DNA of 54,421 nt, the filler included, from Basidioascus undulatus (taxonomy: Eukaryota), in NCBI GenBank assembly GCA_000826855.1. It is 3 parts of 3 records of this genome, joined end to end, with 100 filler letters (N's around TTAATTAATTAA, not from the genome) between each part and the next. Parts side by side here need not be neighbours in the genome. Positions count along the whole stretch, not along the records: positions 36,352 to 54,421 come from JTLS01000489.1; 2 more parts are not named here. One strand, given 5' to 3'. The notes under the pieces were generated by a model. It was not told where the DNA came from and made no database searches. It saw only the letters and a program-made list of their open reading frames with translations. Shown here piece after piece: positions 52,432 through 54,421 of the stretch (the first letter of the stretch is position 1; every line of letters starts with the position of its first letter). Position numbers and translations under genes: made by a program.

Positions 52432-53832
52432 GATGTCGGTATAGGAAGGAGGAAGAGCCAAAAGTCGATGTTGAGGGCAGAAGCAGATCGTGAAAATGAG
52501 ACTGACAAGCCGTCCGCTTCGATGCAGGAGGCTTCGCCAAGCCACGCACGCCATGTCAGTGCACAGAGGACACGGTGGTGCGGCAAGGCATGAATCCAGG
52601 CAAGTACATGAGGCGATCATCGGCAAGGTTTTGGTGTAAAGATCTGACTGTTAAAAGCCCATCGCCGCAATGTCAGCGATCCGGTTCTCCTTCACGCCAG
52701 TGCACGGTGTGTTCAAATAGACGGAGGGAAGGAGGGTTCAGAAAAGCGACCCAAAGGGCCTATAACATTAAGCACGGACGCGAGCGTCTCTTCCGGCACT
52801 TCCTAAGCTGTTATAAAGTTCATCCTACGCCTGCTGCTGCACACGGCTCCCATCCACCGCCATCCTTCTCTTTTCTTTGGGGGAAGGGACTCACGGAAAG
52901 GGGTGGTGGTGGGACAGCAGGTCGGGTGAGGGCGAGAGAGAGGAGGAACGGAGGAGAGATGGGGGCGAGACGAGAGTGTGAGGAAAGGGGAGGGGATGGA
53001 TGGGAGAGAAGGATGGATAAAGGACGACGCTCAAGGCGGAAGGAAGCTGCGACGGTGGGGCCGGCCCTGAAGTGCGATGGGTGGGGCGGAAAAGAATTTT
53101 TGGGCTGGCAGGCGTTCCTGCACAAGAGAATCCGAAAGAATACGCTTCGGAAGACGCAGGATTGCGCACGGTTATGGAAGTCTTTTGAAGCAAGGTGATC
53201 GGGAAAGGAACGCGAATGCGACCCGAGCTGAGCTGAACACACCGAGTAGTGGCAAAGCAACGGGAGAGGCACAGACCGCCGACAACGGTACCTATGCCAG
53301 GCAGTCAAACAGTGACGATGGCCAACAGACCAGCTTGCACGGCGAGACAGAGCCTTAAGCACACCAGTCAAACAGGCGACGACAAGATTAAACGAGCAAT
53401 GCAATGCAACCCCTGCTCCAACACAACAATTACAGCAATGATTCCCCTCCTACCCATCGCAAACCTGCCCGAACCAACGAAACAAGACCAGTCAGCGCAC
53501 ATTCCCAACCACTCCACAACAGATGCGCGCGCGGTCCAAAGATCCTCAGACATCCAAGGAAGGATGGGGCCCTCACCGACCCTCACGGGAGCCGCGCCCC
53601 TCTTCCCTATTTTACACTTTACAAAGCAAAGCGCCGTCGACCCCCAGCCCGCGCATCCCCCTTGAGGGGGAGGTTCGGCGCGCGGGCGAGCGGGGGGAGG
53701 AGCGGGGTGCAGGGGGAGCTCGACCGCGTGAACCCGGCGTGCGAGGCCGGGCGGGCCTAGGGTGGAAACTGCGATGGGTGAAACGATGTTCGTTTCATCA
53801 TTGGAGCGGGGACCGCGCGCGCCCGAAAAGCT

Positions 53833-54421
53833 TTACCACCACACAGTAAGGAACGGAGAATCACCTGCAGGCGCCGACGGGAGGGGAGTCAGTGATCCTG
53901 CGACGAGGGAAGTGGGGGAGGTAGCCGCGGCAGAGCGCTCGGGGCGTAGTGAACTGTCCGTCCAAACCGTCCAAACCCAACCAGCATCAGCGAACCAGCT
54001 CTCCCACCTTACCCCCAAACCACAGCGCGACGCGATGCCACCGTACCTGTTCTCCAGCATCGCCCCCCCCAGCAGCCCCTCCGCGCCCCTGGCCCGGGGC
54101 GCACTCATCTCCGCAAAGCTCCTACTCCTCGGCCTTCCGCCCACGCCTGCCCCTAACCCTCTCCTAGAAGGCGTATCCCCCGCACCCGTGCCAGGCGGGA
54201 AGTGCGCCTGCGTCCACCCCAACGGCGCCCTGACAGGCCCAACAGCAGCGGGGGTGGAAGGCGTGGACGGCTGCATCAGCCCGTTCGCGCCGAGGACGAA
54301 GGAGATGGGGATGGGGCCGGGGGAGGAGAGGAGGTCGGCGCCGGTGAGGACGGCGCGGATGGTCGACCCTGCGCCGGGGACGGGAGCTGTGGTAGACGAG
54401 GTGGGGAAGGGGGAGAGGAGG
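53833..54421 (-). CDS. 3' end of a hypothetical Pro/Gly/Ser-rich protein (5'-partial)
   Basis: Open frame from the window edge to the stop at 53833, with a probable in-frame intron (~53955-54046) and GC-rich coding-like composition. Confidence 0.5.
   Translation of the reverse strand, partial: LLSPFPTSSTTAPVPGAGSTIRAVLTGADLLSSPGPIPISFVLGANGLMQPSTPSTPAAVGPVRAPLGWTQAHFPPGTGAGDTPSRRGLGAGVGGRPRSRSFAEMSAPRARGAEGLLGGAMLENRYGGIASRCGLGVRWESWFADAGWVWTVWTDSSLRPERSAAATSPTSLVAGSLTPLPSAPAGDSPFLTVWW

Overview
Eukaryotic, intron-rich fungal DNA. The short GT(G/A)CGT...GCTGAC...YAG introns and GC-rich codon usage suggest a basidiomycete, perhaps Microbotryomycetes/Rhodotorula-like (inference). The window is three contigs joined by artificial N44-TTAATTAATTAA-N44 linkers at 18094-18193 and 36252-36351, so adjacency across those points is meaningless. 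Recognisable spliced genes: YTA7/ATAD2 (5'-partial), UPF3, SYF2 (last exon missing), a RAD16/ULS1-like SNF2 ATPase, PRI1, DPM1, an MMTAG2/C1orf35 homologue, a beta-propeller lactonase, an SDR and several hypothetical proteins. There are five conventional tRNA genes (Ala-CGC, Pro-CGG, Asp-GTC, two Gln-TTG) and a short LSU rRNA fragment at a contig start. The lower-GC tracts between genes contain decayed genes: a full-length KRE6/SKN1 pseudogene and an inverted pair of mitochondrial-carrier-like pseudogenes. The most unusual observation is at the end of contig 1, where the 3' half of a Trp-like tRNA lies directly upstream of its own 5' half with a 1-nt spacer. This is the layout of a circularly permuted tRNA gene, which I do not know from fungi. 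It sits at a contig edge and needs read-level confirmation. All calls were made by eye, without database searches.
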